Source: an uncultured Thermoprotei archaeon (lineage in GTDB: Archaea > Thermoproteota > Thermoprotei > Thermofilales > B15-G2). Taken from it: a stretch of 33,362 nt of DNA. Every line of letters begins with the position of its first letter. The stretch's first letter is position 1. The translations under genes were made by a program, and so were the position numbers. Under the pieces are notes generated by a model that had not been told where the DNA came from, made no database searches, and saw only the letters and a program-made list of their open reading frames with translations. The stretch is taken from assembly GCA_965367815.1 (NCBI GenBank), contig CBDUKN010000026.1:1-33362 (forward strand). The letters run 5' to 3'. Positions 8,767 to 18,691 of this stretch are shown here, in pieces.

Positions 8767-9012
8767 TTGAAAGACAACAAGATTAGACCTTTAATACCAC
8801 TTATAGTAGGATTATTTTTTACCATACATTCTGTATTACTTAGAAGAGATTTAATAAGGATATTTAACTGGTCCTTTCTTTCAATACTAGCGTTATTAAA
8901 TGTTCTATTCGTATATAATGTATTTAGAAACGAAAAAGCGTATAAAATATTAAAAGTATTACTATACATTTCGATTATATGGATCGTCATATGCGTGATT
9001 TTTATAGAATAA
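8767..9012 (+). CDS. Small 3-TM membrane protein; candidate immunity protein
   Basis: GGTGAT Shine-Dalgarno before TTG 8767 (in frame with ORF 8695-9012); three hydrophobic helices with basic loops; directly follows the Cys-rich gene. Confidence 0.6.
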   Translation: MKDNKIRPLIPLIVGLFFTIHSVLLRRDLIRIFNWSFLSILALLNVLFVYNVFRNEKAYKILKVLLYISIIWIVICVIFIE

Positions 9013-9039
9013 GTTTTTAAAGAGAATAATAGAACTAAA

Positions 9040-9460
9040 TAAAGGTATTTTTTATCTTAGTGTTATTTTAAACTATTACTTACAGCAATCTTAGCATAAT
9101 GTTTAATAATGTCTTATTTTAGTTTTATATTTCTCAATTATATGTGCTACTTTGTCACATTTTATGGCTTTGAAAGCTTTTTTAATACTAATATTTCTTC
9201 TTTAACTATTCTCTTTGATCTAAAATCTTCAGTAGACCATAAAAACACTTTAATGCAGATATTCGGGTTTAAATAATTTAATAATTAGCTTTAATTTGTT
9301 GAGCCGTAGATCCAGCTTTCAAAATAATATATTTCGATTGTTTTTTGGTTATTAAAACGTAGAATTATTCTTTCTATTCCTCTTGAATCACTGCTTGTGT
9401 TTGCACTAATATACATATAGTACATACCAGCAGAATAATAGGTAAATATTTTTTCTCATA
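9040..9460 (-). pseudogene. Heavily degraded gene with a signal-peptide-like start
   Basis: GGAG-aat-ATG at 9459, then MRK(frameshift)YLPIILLVCTICILVQTQAVIQEE*; further broken coding-like fragments downstream. Confidence 0.3.
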
Positions 9461-10354
9461 TTCTCCCTTTAATCCTGTTATCAGAAAGGAAATGTAAGCT
9501 TTTCACAATAATGAAGACTGTTCAGCTTCTGAGTGTTTACTTTTCTCTTTGATGTAAGAATAACATGAGAGAAACAATTCTTATAACTCTAGCTTGGATG
9601 TTTTCTTCTCAAGGACTACGATTATAAAGTTGTTTTAAACTTTGTGAAACTTTAAGCCAAGAAACTTAAGTTGGCAACATCCCCATAATATTGAATAAAC
9701 AAATAAAGAAACAATATTATGTTTCTGCAGCTAAAACTGTTAGAGAGGCGTAGAGTTTTTAGTTCTTCGTCTCTCAATAAGTTCTAATGCGTCTTGCCTT
9801 TTTATTCTTTTTATTATTTTCTTAAATATGTTTTGCTTTACTGTAGTCTTCTTCTTTAAGTTTTCTTAAAGCCTCTTCCTCTGTATACTCCGTTGGTCTC
9901 TTACGACCTTTCTTAATAAGTCGAGAAGAATTTTGCATCTTCTCTACTTCTAGCAGAAAACTTAATTATTCTCACATCTGTATATGAAATGTGTTTCTTG
10001 AAGCCATTCTACTCTAGCTTCTTTTAACGTCATCTACAACTATGAGACTTCTTTTGCTCTATGTTTGGGCATTAAGGCTACTGAAAACTTTACTGGTATT
10101 CTAGTGCTCTGAGTTTTGATGATGCTTGATTATACTAAGACTTAGCCTTCGGCTGTAGTTTTTCCATAAATTGCTCTTTCTGAAAGATAATACGTTTTTG
10201 ATGACTGTACTTTACGTCTACTTTAGCCCGCGAATCTAGGTCTTGAGCAATATTCCCTAAATGATATTCTACTTTAACTCTGTAACTATAGTGGCAAAAG
10301 GAGGTTAGGCTAATATTTCTTGTGGGAATGGTTTTGGGTGGAGGGGTGGGTTGT

Positions 10355-12329
10355 ATGAGGCGTAGGTGGGTGTTTGTTTTGCTTGTTGCTTATTATGTTC
10401 CGTTGTTGTTCTTCTTGTTTCTTGTTGTGGCGTGGATTCTCTTGTCTCGTAATATACTGATATTTATTGCGAGGCTTTTGTTAGCGGGTGTTCCGCTTGT
10501 TTTTGTTGCAGTTAAGTTTCCTTGGGTGTTTACTGCTGAGTTTATTGCGAGTGATCCTGAGCCTAATGGTGTGCTTCAGCACGGTATTTTTCCGTGTAAG
10601 GTTCTCTGTTACCAGGTTTTGACGAAGTATGGTCCTTTTAATCCTTCTCCGCTGCTGCCTTTAGTTAGGCGCCTTTATATCGTGAAAAGAGAGGGCAATG
10701 TCTATGTCTTGGTTGAGCTACATGGATTCTTTAGTGTGTTGTTTAGGGAGAAGGAGAGGAAGGTTAAGAGTATTCTTGAGACAGTTTTTAGCTCGTGTAG
10801 GGTTGTTGAGTGCTGTGTAGGGACTCTTCGAGATAAGTTTAGGGAAGCGAAGCTTTTTCCCGGGGACTATGCTAAGAGAATGTTTTACTTCTACAGGATT
10901 CCTGATCTCTCGGACTGTGTCGTAGTCGCATCTAGGGATGGTATAGGGGTGTGCTATTTAGTGAAGGATTTTTCCCGAGGCATATGTTTAATCTTAAGCT
11001 GAAGTACGAGTTCAGTGAAGTACTTTTCGGCGCTTTGCTCGAGAAAGTTTTTGAGGGTAGTTATCCGAGCCAGACGCCTGATTCTGCTGGCAGTGGAGGA
11101 GGAACGGTTATTGGTAATAGGATGATAGGAGACGTTGTTGCAGACGAGCATATTTTCTTTAAGCCTGGGGGCCATGTTTTAATGGTTGGTAAGACTGGTT
11201 CGGGTAAGACTACTTTGCTCGCAAATCTCGTTGACTGCTATAAGAAAATGGGGTTTAATGTTGTTGTACTCGATAGTTTTGGTGAACTAGCTAGCTTGGG
11301 TAGAGAAGTTGTCGCCGGGGTAGATTTCTTTGTTAATCCGTTTGACTTCATGGAGCCTGAAGAAGTATCAGACGTAATTGAGAAGGCTAGTGTCCTTTTT
11401 CTCGGAGAGCGGGGAGTGTTTTCCTACATGGTTAGAGACGTTATTGTGAAGGCGCTCAATAGGATTGAGGGGAGTGTTTCTCTGGGAAGGCTTATCGACG
11501 AGCTGGAGAAGATGAGGAGTAGTGAGACTAGAGAAGATGTTAAGAGTGGCTGTGACGCGGCGATAAGAAGGCTGAGGCTTTTCTATCACCCTGTTTTCGA
11601 GAAGACTTCTTGCCCAGAGATGAGGGGAGTTTTTGTTATTAATTTGAGTGAAATGAATTCTTCTGCTCGCTTCTTTTTCTCACATATATTGATGGAGCTT
11701 CTTTACCGTACATGGGATCCATGGGAGCCACTGGTGCTGGCGATCGATGAATTAATGCCTGTGGAGTATGTTCGCGAAGACCGTGTGCCCAGCATAGTTG
11801 AAGAAATTGCTAAGTGTGCGCGTAAACTGAACATTGTTTTTGTTCTAGGAAACCAGGAGTACAGAACACTGCCGTTAGCTGCGAGAAATATGCCTGAGCA
11901 CCTCTTCGTATTCCGAGTAATAGATGTTAAGGAACTAGAGTACTTGTCGAAGCTTATTTCAGGCATTACGGGAAGAAACTACCAAGACGTGTACAGAGAG
12001 CTGAGTATGCTTCGTGAAGGAGAATGCTACTACATAACTAAGAACTATGCGACGAAGGTAAAGATAAAGTACTATCCGCTGGCGTGGGTTAGAAGGATGA
12101 CTGTAGTAGATGACTTGAAGCAGTGGCCCGTGAGCACAGGGTTAGTGTTGAGAGGCTTAGGCGTGTACTGGCTCTGGTTTCTAGAGAAGATTTTCTCGAA
12201 GCCTTAAGGAGAAAAGACTACAGGTGGCTAGCTAGGTATAATTTGGCTCATGTGTCTAGAGGAAAGTTGAGTAGACTTGGCGAAGCTCTCGCAGCCTACT
12301 ACTCTGTAGACCTCTCTCAAGTAAGTTAA
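10355..12329 (+). pseudogene. Membrane-anchored HerA/VirB4/DUF87-like ATPase split into three ORFs (10322-11002, 10951-12207, 12123-12329)
   Basis: Two N-terminal TM helices; HVLMVGKTGSGKTT, VVVLD, LAIDE, GNQ, EGECY motifs. One added base near 10940 and one near 12118 give one frame (SRDGYRGVLFSEG; DDLEAVAREH). Confidence 0.72.
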
Positions 12330-12472
12330 GTACATGGGGGATCTTTTATAAAGAGCCGAAGGCTACTACATGAGCTTCTTATACTTGCTTGAGTTTTACA
12401 AGGAGTTACCTCTTTAAAGAAGCATTAGCTTAAGAACTAATGTCTATTTTTCTCGTCTTTCTTGAATATCAT

Positions 12473-13258
12473 CTAGAGTACTAGTCCTTTTTTGTAGATT
12501 TCATTGTAACCTATTTTGAATACTGTTAGACCTAGTAGAAACATGATTAGCGAGGCTATAGTGAAGGCTATGAAATCCGGATCTGTAATGGTCATTGCAG
12601 AAAACAGTATTTTTCGCCAAGCTATATACGTCCATGTGTATGGGTAGAGGAATGCTATTTGCTGTAGGGGTACGGGGAGAGCTGTTACGGGGAATAGTTC
12701 TCCTGAGAATAATAGGTGTACTGCTTGTCTCGCGAAGAGAATAGGTGTTTTCTTTTTGGTGATGTATGTTAGGCCGCTTTCGAATAAGTTGTAGCCGATG
12801 TTTATTAATATACATAAGGCAATGAACGCGAAGAGAGACTCGGGCCTCATATTTAGGCTTTGTGTTGAAGCCAGTATTACTGCGTATAGAGCAATTTCTA
12901 TCCCGGTGAACCATATGTAGGCTGATATCCACTCCTGTAAAAGTATCAGTGCTGGAGATACTGGTCTTGAGTACAGGTAGTAGAAGTCTCTTACAGTGAG
13001 CGGGAAGTAGAGCCTAAAGGGGTTTACTATTCGTGTTAAAAGAATTCCTGAGAGCAGGAATCCTAGTGGAGAGTCTGTGCCGTATCTAACGATTCCTCTC
13101 TGATATATTATCGAGTATCCTATGAAGTAGTATGTGGCGACGCTGAGAAGTAGTGAAGCTATGTTCGCCGCGAAGTTGGCTTTATACGCGGTGCGGGCTT
13201 TCCATCCCCCTATGAAGCAGTAGTACCAGATTGCTCTAAGCACGGTCTTCACTTTCAT
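12473..13258 (-). CDS. ABC-2 type permease
   Basis: Six TM-like segments; SGELFPVTALPVPLQQIAFLYPYTW; paralogue of 14239-15021. Confidence 0.88.
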   Translation of the reverse strand: MKVKTVLRAIWYYCFIGGWKARTAYKANFAANIASLLLSVATYYFIGYSIIYQRGIVRYGTDSPLGFLLSGILLTRIVNPFRLYFPLTVRDFYYLYSRPVSPALILLQEWISAYIWFTGIEIALYAVILASTQSLNMRPESLFAFIALCILINIGYNLFESGLTYITKKKTPILFARQAVHLLFSGELFPVTALPVPLQQIAFLYPYTWTYIAWRKILFSAMTITDPDFIAFTIASLIMFLLGLTVFKIGYNEIYKKGLVL

Positions 13259-14228
13259 TTTCTTCACCTTTTAGCAGTATTCTGAAAATATCGCTCAATG
13301 AAAGCTGTTCATAGGATAGTAGAAGAACTTTCAGTCCAGTAGACTTAGCTAGTTCTACTATAGTTGATGGCTCGACACAGCCTTTAATCGACTTCGCTAC
13401 AACAAGCGTCCCTTCTTCAACGTCTTTAACTTGCATAATTTCTGCAACTCCGTCGATTTTCTCTAGTAATTTCGCGAACTCTCGAGATTTTGGAGACACT
13501 TTTACTGCTATTTTCTCGTATCTCGTCAACTCCTTTAGTTCATGTGGGCTTCCTGAAGCGACTATTCTGCCTTTGTTTAAGAAAATTATTTTATCGCAGA
13601 GGTACTCTGCTTCCTCCATATTCTGAGTAGTCAGCAGTATGGTTTTACCGTCGTGTGCTAGCTCCTTCAATATATTCCATATCTCCATGCAGGAAATAGG
13701 GTCTAAGTGTACTGTAGGTTCATCGAGCACTAGTATAGGTAGTTCGTACATCAGGGTCTCGGCTATCATAAGTTTTCTCTTCATTCCTGTTGAGAAGCGT
13801 GAAGGCCACTCATTTCTCCACTCCCACAACCCTACTTTCTTCAAAGCTTCTTCTGCTTTCTTCTTTAAATCGCCTTCAATACAGCGTATTGCTCCTATTG
13901 CTTCAAGGTACTTGAGAGCTGGCAGTCGGATAAAGGCGCTCCACAGTCGCATGTGTTCTGCTAAGTAGAGAGCTATGTACTTTTCACAAGCTTTTCTCTT
14001 GAGCTCCCTGATGTCTTCTCCCATAATATATGCTGTACCCTTAGTGGGTTCTAGGAGCCCGCTTAAAATCAGGCAGAGAGTTGTCTTACCGGCGCCGTTT
14101 GGTCCTAGTATGCCGACAACTTCGCCTTTACTGACACTAAAGCTTATGTCTCTAAGCGCGACAATATTCTTCTCTCTACCGGTGTAGATTTTCCACAAGT
14201 GGTCTACAACGATAGCCTTGTTCTGCAC
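13236..14228 (-). CDS. ABC exporter ATP-binding subunit (DrrA-like)
   Basis: GPNGAGKTT, FSTGMKR, LVLDEPT, TTQNMEEAE. Confidence 0.94.
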   Translation of the reverse strand: MQNKAIVVDHLWKIYTGREKNIVALRDISFSVSKGEVVGILGPNGAGKTTLCLILSGLLEPTKGTAYIMGEDIRELKRKACEKYIALYLAEHMRLWSAFIRLPALKYLEAIGAIRCIEGDLKKKAEEALKKVGLWEWRNEWPSRFSTGMKRKLMIAETLMYELPILVLDEPTVHLDPISCMEIWNILKELAHDGKTILLTTQNMEEAEYLCDKIIFLNKGRIVASGSPHELKELTRYEKIAVKVSPKSREFAKLLEKIDGVAEIMQVKDVEEGTLVVAKSIKGCVEPSTIVELAKSTGLKVLLLSYEQLSLSDIFRILLKGEENESEDRA

Positions 14229-14238
14229 GGTCTCAACC

Positions 14239-15021
14239 TTACAGCACTAATCCTTCTCGGTAAATCTTGTTGACACCTACTCTAAAGACCGCCAAGCCTG
14301 AAAGAAACATTACCAGCGACGCGGCAGAAAAGACGAGAAACTCTGGGTCTGTGACAGGCATTCCGGCGAAAAGCACTTTGCGCCAAACTAGATAAGCCCA
14401 CGTAGGAGGATAAAATGACAGTATTTGCTGAGCTGTCTCCGGTAGTATTGTTATAGGAAAAGCTCTTCCTGAGAATTCTTCTAAAACTTCGAAAGCAAAT
14501 AGTACTGGGCGCTCTTTTTTGAAAACAAATGTTGCGCCTAATTCCATAAAATGTTGACCAAAACAAAGCAGTGTGCTCAGTGCGAGGAAAACAAGAAGAG
14601 CCTCTAGTCTAATGTTCAGCCTCTGTGTAGCAATGATAAGTAGAGCACACGGTATAATTCTGAAAGGAATTATATGAGTCGTATTAAATACAAACCACTC
14701 TCGGAAAACCTGTAGGTGCGGAGAAACAGGTCTTGAGAAAACATGGTAAAAAGTCTGCATATGGAGGCTAAATGCCCACCTAAAGCCCATGAATTCCGCG
14801 AGAAGTATTCCGGATAAAATAAAGCCTAAAGGTGACTCTGTACCGTAGCTTTGAATACCTTTCTGGTAGACTATTGAGTAGCCCCAGAAGTAGTATACTA
14901 CAATGCTTATGACGCAGCGCGCGGCTAAGCTCACGAACTCTGACTTGTATGCCTTAAGATTGTACCAGTAGTTGATAAAAGACGCAAACCACAGCATTCT
15001 AAGAACTTCTCTCAATCCCAC
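14239..15021 (-). CDS. ABC-2 type permease
   Basis: TM helices; SGRAFPITILP...FYPPTW; paralogue of 12473-13258. Confidence 0.88.
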   Translation of the reverse strand: MGLREVLRMLWFASFINYWYNLKAYKSEFVSLAARCVISIVVYYFWGYSIVYQKGIQSYGTESPLGFILSGILLAEFMGFRWAFSLHMQTFYHVFSRPVSPHLQVFREWFVFNTTHIIPFRIIPCALLIIATQRLNIRLEALLVFLALSTLLCFGQHFMELGATFVFKKERPVLFAFEVLEEFSGRAFPITILPETAQQILSFYPPTWAYLVWRKVLFAGMPVTDPEFLVFSAASLVMFLSGLAVFRVGVNKIYREGLVL

Positions 15022-15980
15022 TTCCCACCACCTTTCAGTAAAATCCTGAAAACTTCGCTTAAAGAAGGTCTTTCATAAGACATTGAGAGGATTTTAACAT
15101 TAAACTGACTCGCCAAATCTATTAAGGTCGCAGGCTCTACAGTATTTTTCTGAGCCTCAAGAATCAGTGTCGTATCTTCGGATCTCACTCTCAGTACTCC
15201 GTCTAGCTTTTCGAGAGCCTTCTTAAACTCAGGTTTTAGAGGACTTACTTTAAGCGAGATTTCCTCATACTTAGAGACCAGCGTCTTGAAGTATTCGGGG
15301 GACCCAGATGCAATAATGCTTCCTTTATGAAGAAATATTATTCTGTCGCAGAGGTACTCTGCTTCCTCCATATTCTGAGTAGTCAGCAGTACTGTTCTTC
15401 CCTCCTCACTAGCTATCGCCTTAATAGCTTTCCAGACTTCTATACATGACGCGGGATCTAAATGCACTGTAGGCTCGTCGAGTATAAGTATAGGGAAATC
15501 ATACATCAGCATTGCCGCGAGCAGCAGCCTTCTCTTCATTCCTGTTGAGAAGCGTGAAGGCCACTCATTTCTCCACTCCCACAACCCTACTTTCTTTAAT
15601 GCAGTCTCCGCCTTTTTCTTCAAGTCGCCTTTAATACAGTCAATAGCACCGACCATTACTAAGTACTTGAGGGCAGGAATGCGAGGATTAAGGCTCCACT
15701 GAGTATACTCCGATAGATAGAGAGCTATGTACTTTTCACATGCTTTCCTTCTAAGTTTTCTAATATCTTCTCCCATAATATACGCTGTACCTTTAGTAGG
15801 CTCTAGAAGACCACTTAAGATTAAGCAGAGAGTAGTTTTACCAGCACCATTAGGGCCCAGTATACCGACTATTTCGCCTTCATTAACACTAAAGCTAACG
15901 CCCTTTAAAGCAGTAATTTTCCTTCCTCTGCCAGAGTACTCTTTAACTAATTCGCTTACTACAATAGGCTGAACTGTCAT
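15012..15980 (-). CDS. ABC exporter ATP-binding subunit (DrrA-like)
   Basis: GPNGAGKTT, FSTGMKR, LILDEPT, TTQNMEEAE; paralogue of 13236-14228. Confidence 0.94.
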   Translation of the reverse strand: MTVQPIVVSELVKEYSGRGRKITALKGVSFSVNEGEIVGILGPNGAGKTTLCLILSGLLEPTKGTAYIMGEDIRKLRRKACEKYIALYLSEYTQWSLNPRIPALKYLVMVGAIDCIKGDLKKKAETALKKVGLWEWRNEWPSRFSTGMKRRLLLAAMLMYDFPILILDEPTVHLDPASCIEVWKAIKAIASEEGRTVLLTTQNMEEAEYLCDRIIFLHKGSIIASGSPEYFKTLVSKYEEISLKVSPLKPEFKKALEKLDGVLRVRSEDTTLILEAQKNTVEPATLIDLASQFNVKILSMSYERPSLSEVFRILLKGGGKWD

Positions 15981-16112
15981 CCCTCTATTTCTAACATAAT
16001 GATATTTCTTAAAAACATTTCCCTGAATCGAATATACCTTATAGAGCTACTGTATTCTTCTCACTTTTACAGGTACAGCTCAACTACTTATCGTGAAGTA
16101 TTGTTACCGAGT

Positions 16113-17521
16113 TTACTTGAATTGAAGGGAGTATAGTTTACAGTCTTTCATTTTAAAATGCAGGCGTATAGGCATGTTAGCGAATTTCGATAAGTCTGTT
16201 TTTCCTTGCCAGGAGACTGTTTTTTCGATGTAGTTTCCGTTGATTACGTCGCAGTCTTTTGTAGTGTAGCCTGGAATTGGTTTTCCGTCGGGGTCGAGTA
16301 GCCCTATTCTGAGGAAGCCTCCTGCGCTTGTCTCGACGTTTATTACTAGTTTTTCTCCGGTGAATATGAGTGGTCGTGTTATGGCTTCTCCTCCGGTGTA
16401 CTCTGCGTCGAGTGAAGTGAAGCCGTCGAGTCTTAGTATGGCTCTGCTGATGACTCCCTTGTACTTGTCTCTTTTCACGTCGTAGTTTCCGTGCGTGAAA
16501 TTGTATCCTGTGTAGTAGAGCCATATCTCGTCTTCGTGTATTATCATGCCGTAGCTCATGTAGAGGCAGCCGCCGTTCCAGCCGCCAGTTTTGCCTAGGG
16601 GAATAAATGGTCTTCTGTCGTGTCTAGTCCAGTGTACGCCGTCGCGGCTTACCGCGAACTGTATGTCCATTGGACCGTCGTTGTCGGGGTGCGTAGATCC
16701 CATTTTTTCGGCGACTTCTCTCCTGTAGTGGTAGTAAGCTGAAGGGAACATTAGGTAGACGTCTTCAGCTAAGGGATATTTGACGGCTGAGGAGTTGTAG
16801 AAGTCCATTGCATCGAAGAGATCTTTATCGAGGTGCTCTAAGTCCTCTTCGTCGTAGGAAAAACAACTTGGGCTTCGCCCCATTCTTTTAGATCATCGAA
16901 TTCACAGCGCCCTACTTTGCGGAGAGGAGCCCATACTCTGACATAGGCTACATACCTGCCTATCCTATTGTCGTAAAAGCATATGTTGTTAGTGTCGCTT
17001 AGCCTAAAGGATGGTTTATTGCTCAAGGGCTCCCACGATACACCGTCACTAGAAACAAAGACCCATGTGCCCGGCTCTCCGCCGGGCGGCTTATAGGTGC
17101 AGATCATTTTGTAGCGCTCGCTTCGAGGACACTTGGGATTAGTGTCTATGAAAACACAGCCAGGTTCAAATACTTCGGTTTTCTCCGGAGGGAAAACAAT
17201 ATTCGTTTCTTTAATTTTATTAAAGGATACGGCGCCTAGATTCTTTTTCTCCCATCGCACGCCGTCTTTTGATTCAGCGTAGCAGAGCCACCTGCTTCCG
17301 TCGCTGGCAATCGCGTCGTACCACATTTTATAGATTCCGTTGTCTTCCCAGACGCTGTTATACGGGCCTATTCTATGGCTTTCCCAAGGCTTCTCTGCAA
17401 CTAAACATTTTTCGCCAGTTAGTTTCTGTCTGTTTACAGCAATGTATACTCCTCTACACCGTTCTAAGAGCAAGTAATCTATAAACAGGTGTTTTTTACA
17501 GCCGAGATAAACTGTCTCCAC
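16113..17521 (-). pseudogene. Five-bladed beta-propeller glycoside hydrolase-like protein (GH32/43-like fold), split by one frameshift
   Basis: HLFID N-terminus; Asp-box repeats YAESKDGVRW, SSDGVSW, SRDGVHW; C-terminal LRLDGFTSL...beta-sandwich. One extra base in the A5 run at 16859-16863 gives EAQVVFSYDEED and joins ORFs 16838-17521 and 16113-16883. Confidence 0.72.
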
Positions 17522-17962
17522 AAATGGGATGGTTTCTTAGCAGATAAATAGTCTTTGTAGAGAATAGCCGCATGCTATGAAATCAAAGTCTTCGGCGAGA
17601 CAGGAGGTTTGTGTTTTGCGGGACTCATCAATATTTCGATAAATATGTATATGTCTTCTCGAATAGTTATTTGAAGTGAGAACGAGACTAAGCTTTATTT
17701 TCCCGATAATAGGCTTGATTTTATGTATAATCGTCATAGGGTCTAGTCTCTACTTAGTAGCGAGAAATCCTGTAAAATAAAGAGCGTGGCGGGAGACTTG
17801 GTTCTCGCTATAGTGTTTATAGTTTTCTTCAGCTATCTCCTTTATTTGCAGTTGTCTAGGAGGCAGTAGCTTAAAGCAGCTACCTGACATGAAGTTACGT
17901 CAGTTTAATGAACGCGATTTTTAGAGGAAGCTTTATTAGTTTGTTTTGTATCGGGGGTACAT

Positions 17963-18139
17963 ATGGCGTATGTGGCGAAGACATTAATGATAGGGAGGTG
18001 TAGGCGCTGCGGTAAGAAAGTTTACAAGGGTGACGACTACTTGTTCTGCGAGAACTGTAAGCTTATCTTATGCATTGAGTGCAATAAGGAGGCTAGAGGT
18101 ATTTGTCCTGCTTGTCAGAGTGAGCTTAAGCTAATGTAG
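17963..18139 (+). CDS. Small 8-Cys zinc-finger protein (58 aa), not in the ORF track
   Basis: MAYVAKTLMIGRCRRCGKKVYKGDDYLFCENCKLILCIECNKEARGICPACQSELKLM*; four CxxC pairs; its stop abuts the next ATG. Confidence 0.8.
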   Translation: MAYVAKTLMIGRCRRCGKKVYKGDDYLFCENCKLILCIECNKEARGICPACQSELKLM

Positions 18140-18667
18140 ATGCGCGATGTAGTAGAGCACTACGACGCGATCTCTAGTGTCTACGACGAACTTTATGGAG
18201 AAGAACAGAGGAGGAAGTACGAGCTTTTGTATCGTTTCCTAGGACGAGGTCTTCTTCTAGACGCTGGGTGTGGCACGGGGCTTCTGTGGGAGTTCTTGCG
18301 CAGCAAGGAAGTTTGCTGCAGATACATAGGCATAGACGTGTCTACTAGAATGATTCGTGTCGCCAGAAATAGGCGGCAGAGAGGATGTTTTCTAGTGGGA
18401 TGTGTTGAGTACATGCCTTTTAGGTCTAATGTCTTCGACTATGTGGTTGCAGTAACTCTGATTCAGAATCTGCTGGATATAGGGGCTTTTATTAGAGAAG
18501 CTGTCAGGGTTCTGAAGAAAGGAGGAGTTCTTCTAGTAACTGTTCTACTTAAGAAAAGAAGCCTTGTAGACAATGTTCTGGAAGCGGCTTCCCGTAATGG
18601 ACTTAAGTTGAAGCGCCGCGTCTGGGAGCCGTACTCGGCCGACGAGGTTCTAGTATTCGTTAAATAG
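18140..18667 (+). CDS. Class I SAM-dependent methyltransferase
   Basis: LLDAGCGTG motif I, GIDVS, MPFRSNVFD, RVLKKGG. Confidence 0.9.
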   Translation: MRDVVEHYDAISSVYDELYGEEQRRKYELLYRFLGRGLLLDAGCGTGLLWEFLRSKEVCCRYIGIDVSTRMIRVARNRRQRGCFLVGCVEYMPFRSNVFDYVVAVTLIQNLLDIGAFIREAVRVLKKGGVLLVTVLLKKRSLVDNVLEAASRNGLKLKRRVWEPYSADEVLVFVK

Positions 18668-18691
18668 TTAAACTACAGTAAAATACACTAA

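Noticed and set aside
13600-13640. Missing switch histidine (TTQN) as a sign of inactive ABC ATPases
   Set aside because: Gln at this position is known in DrrA-type exporters
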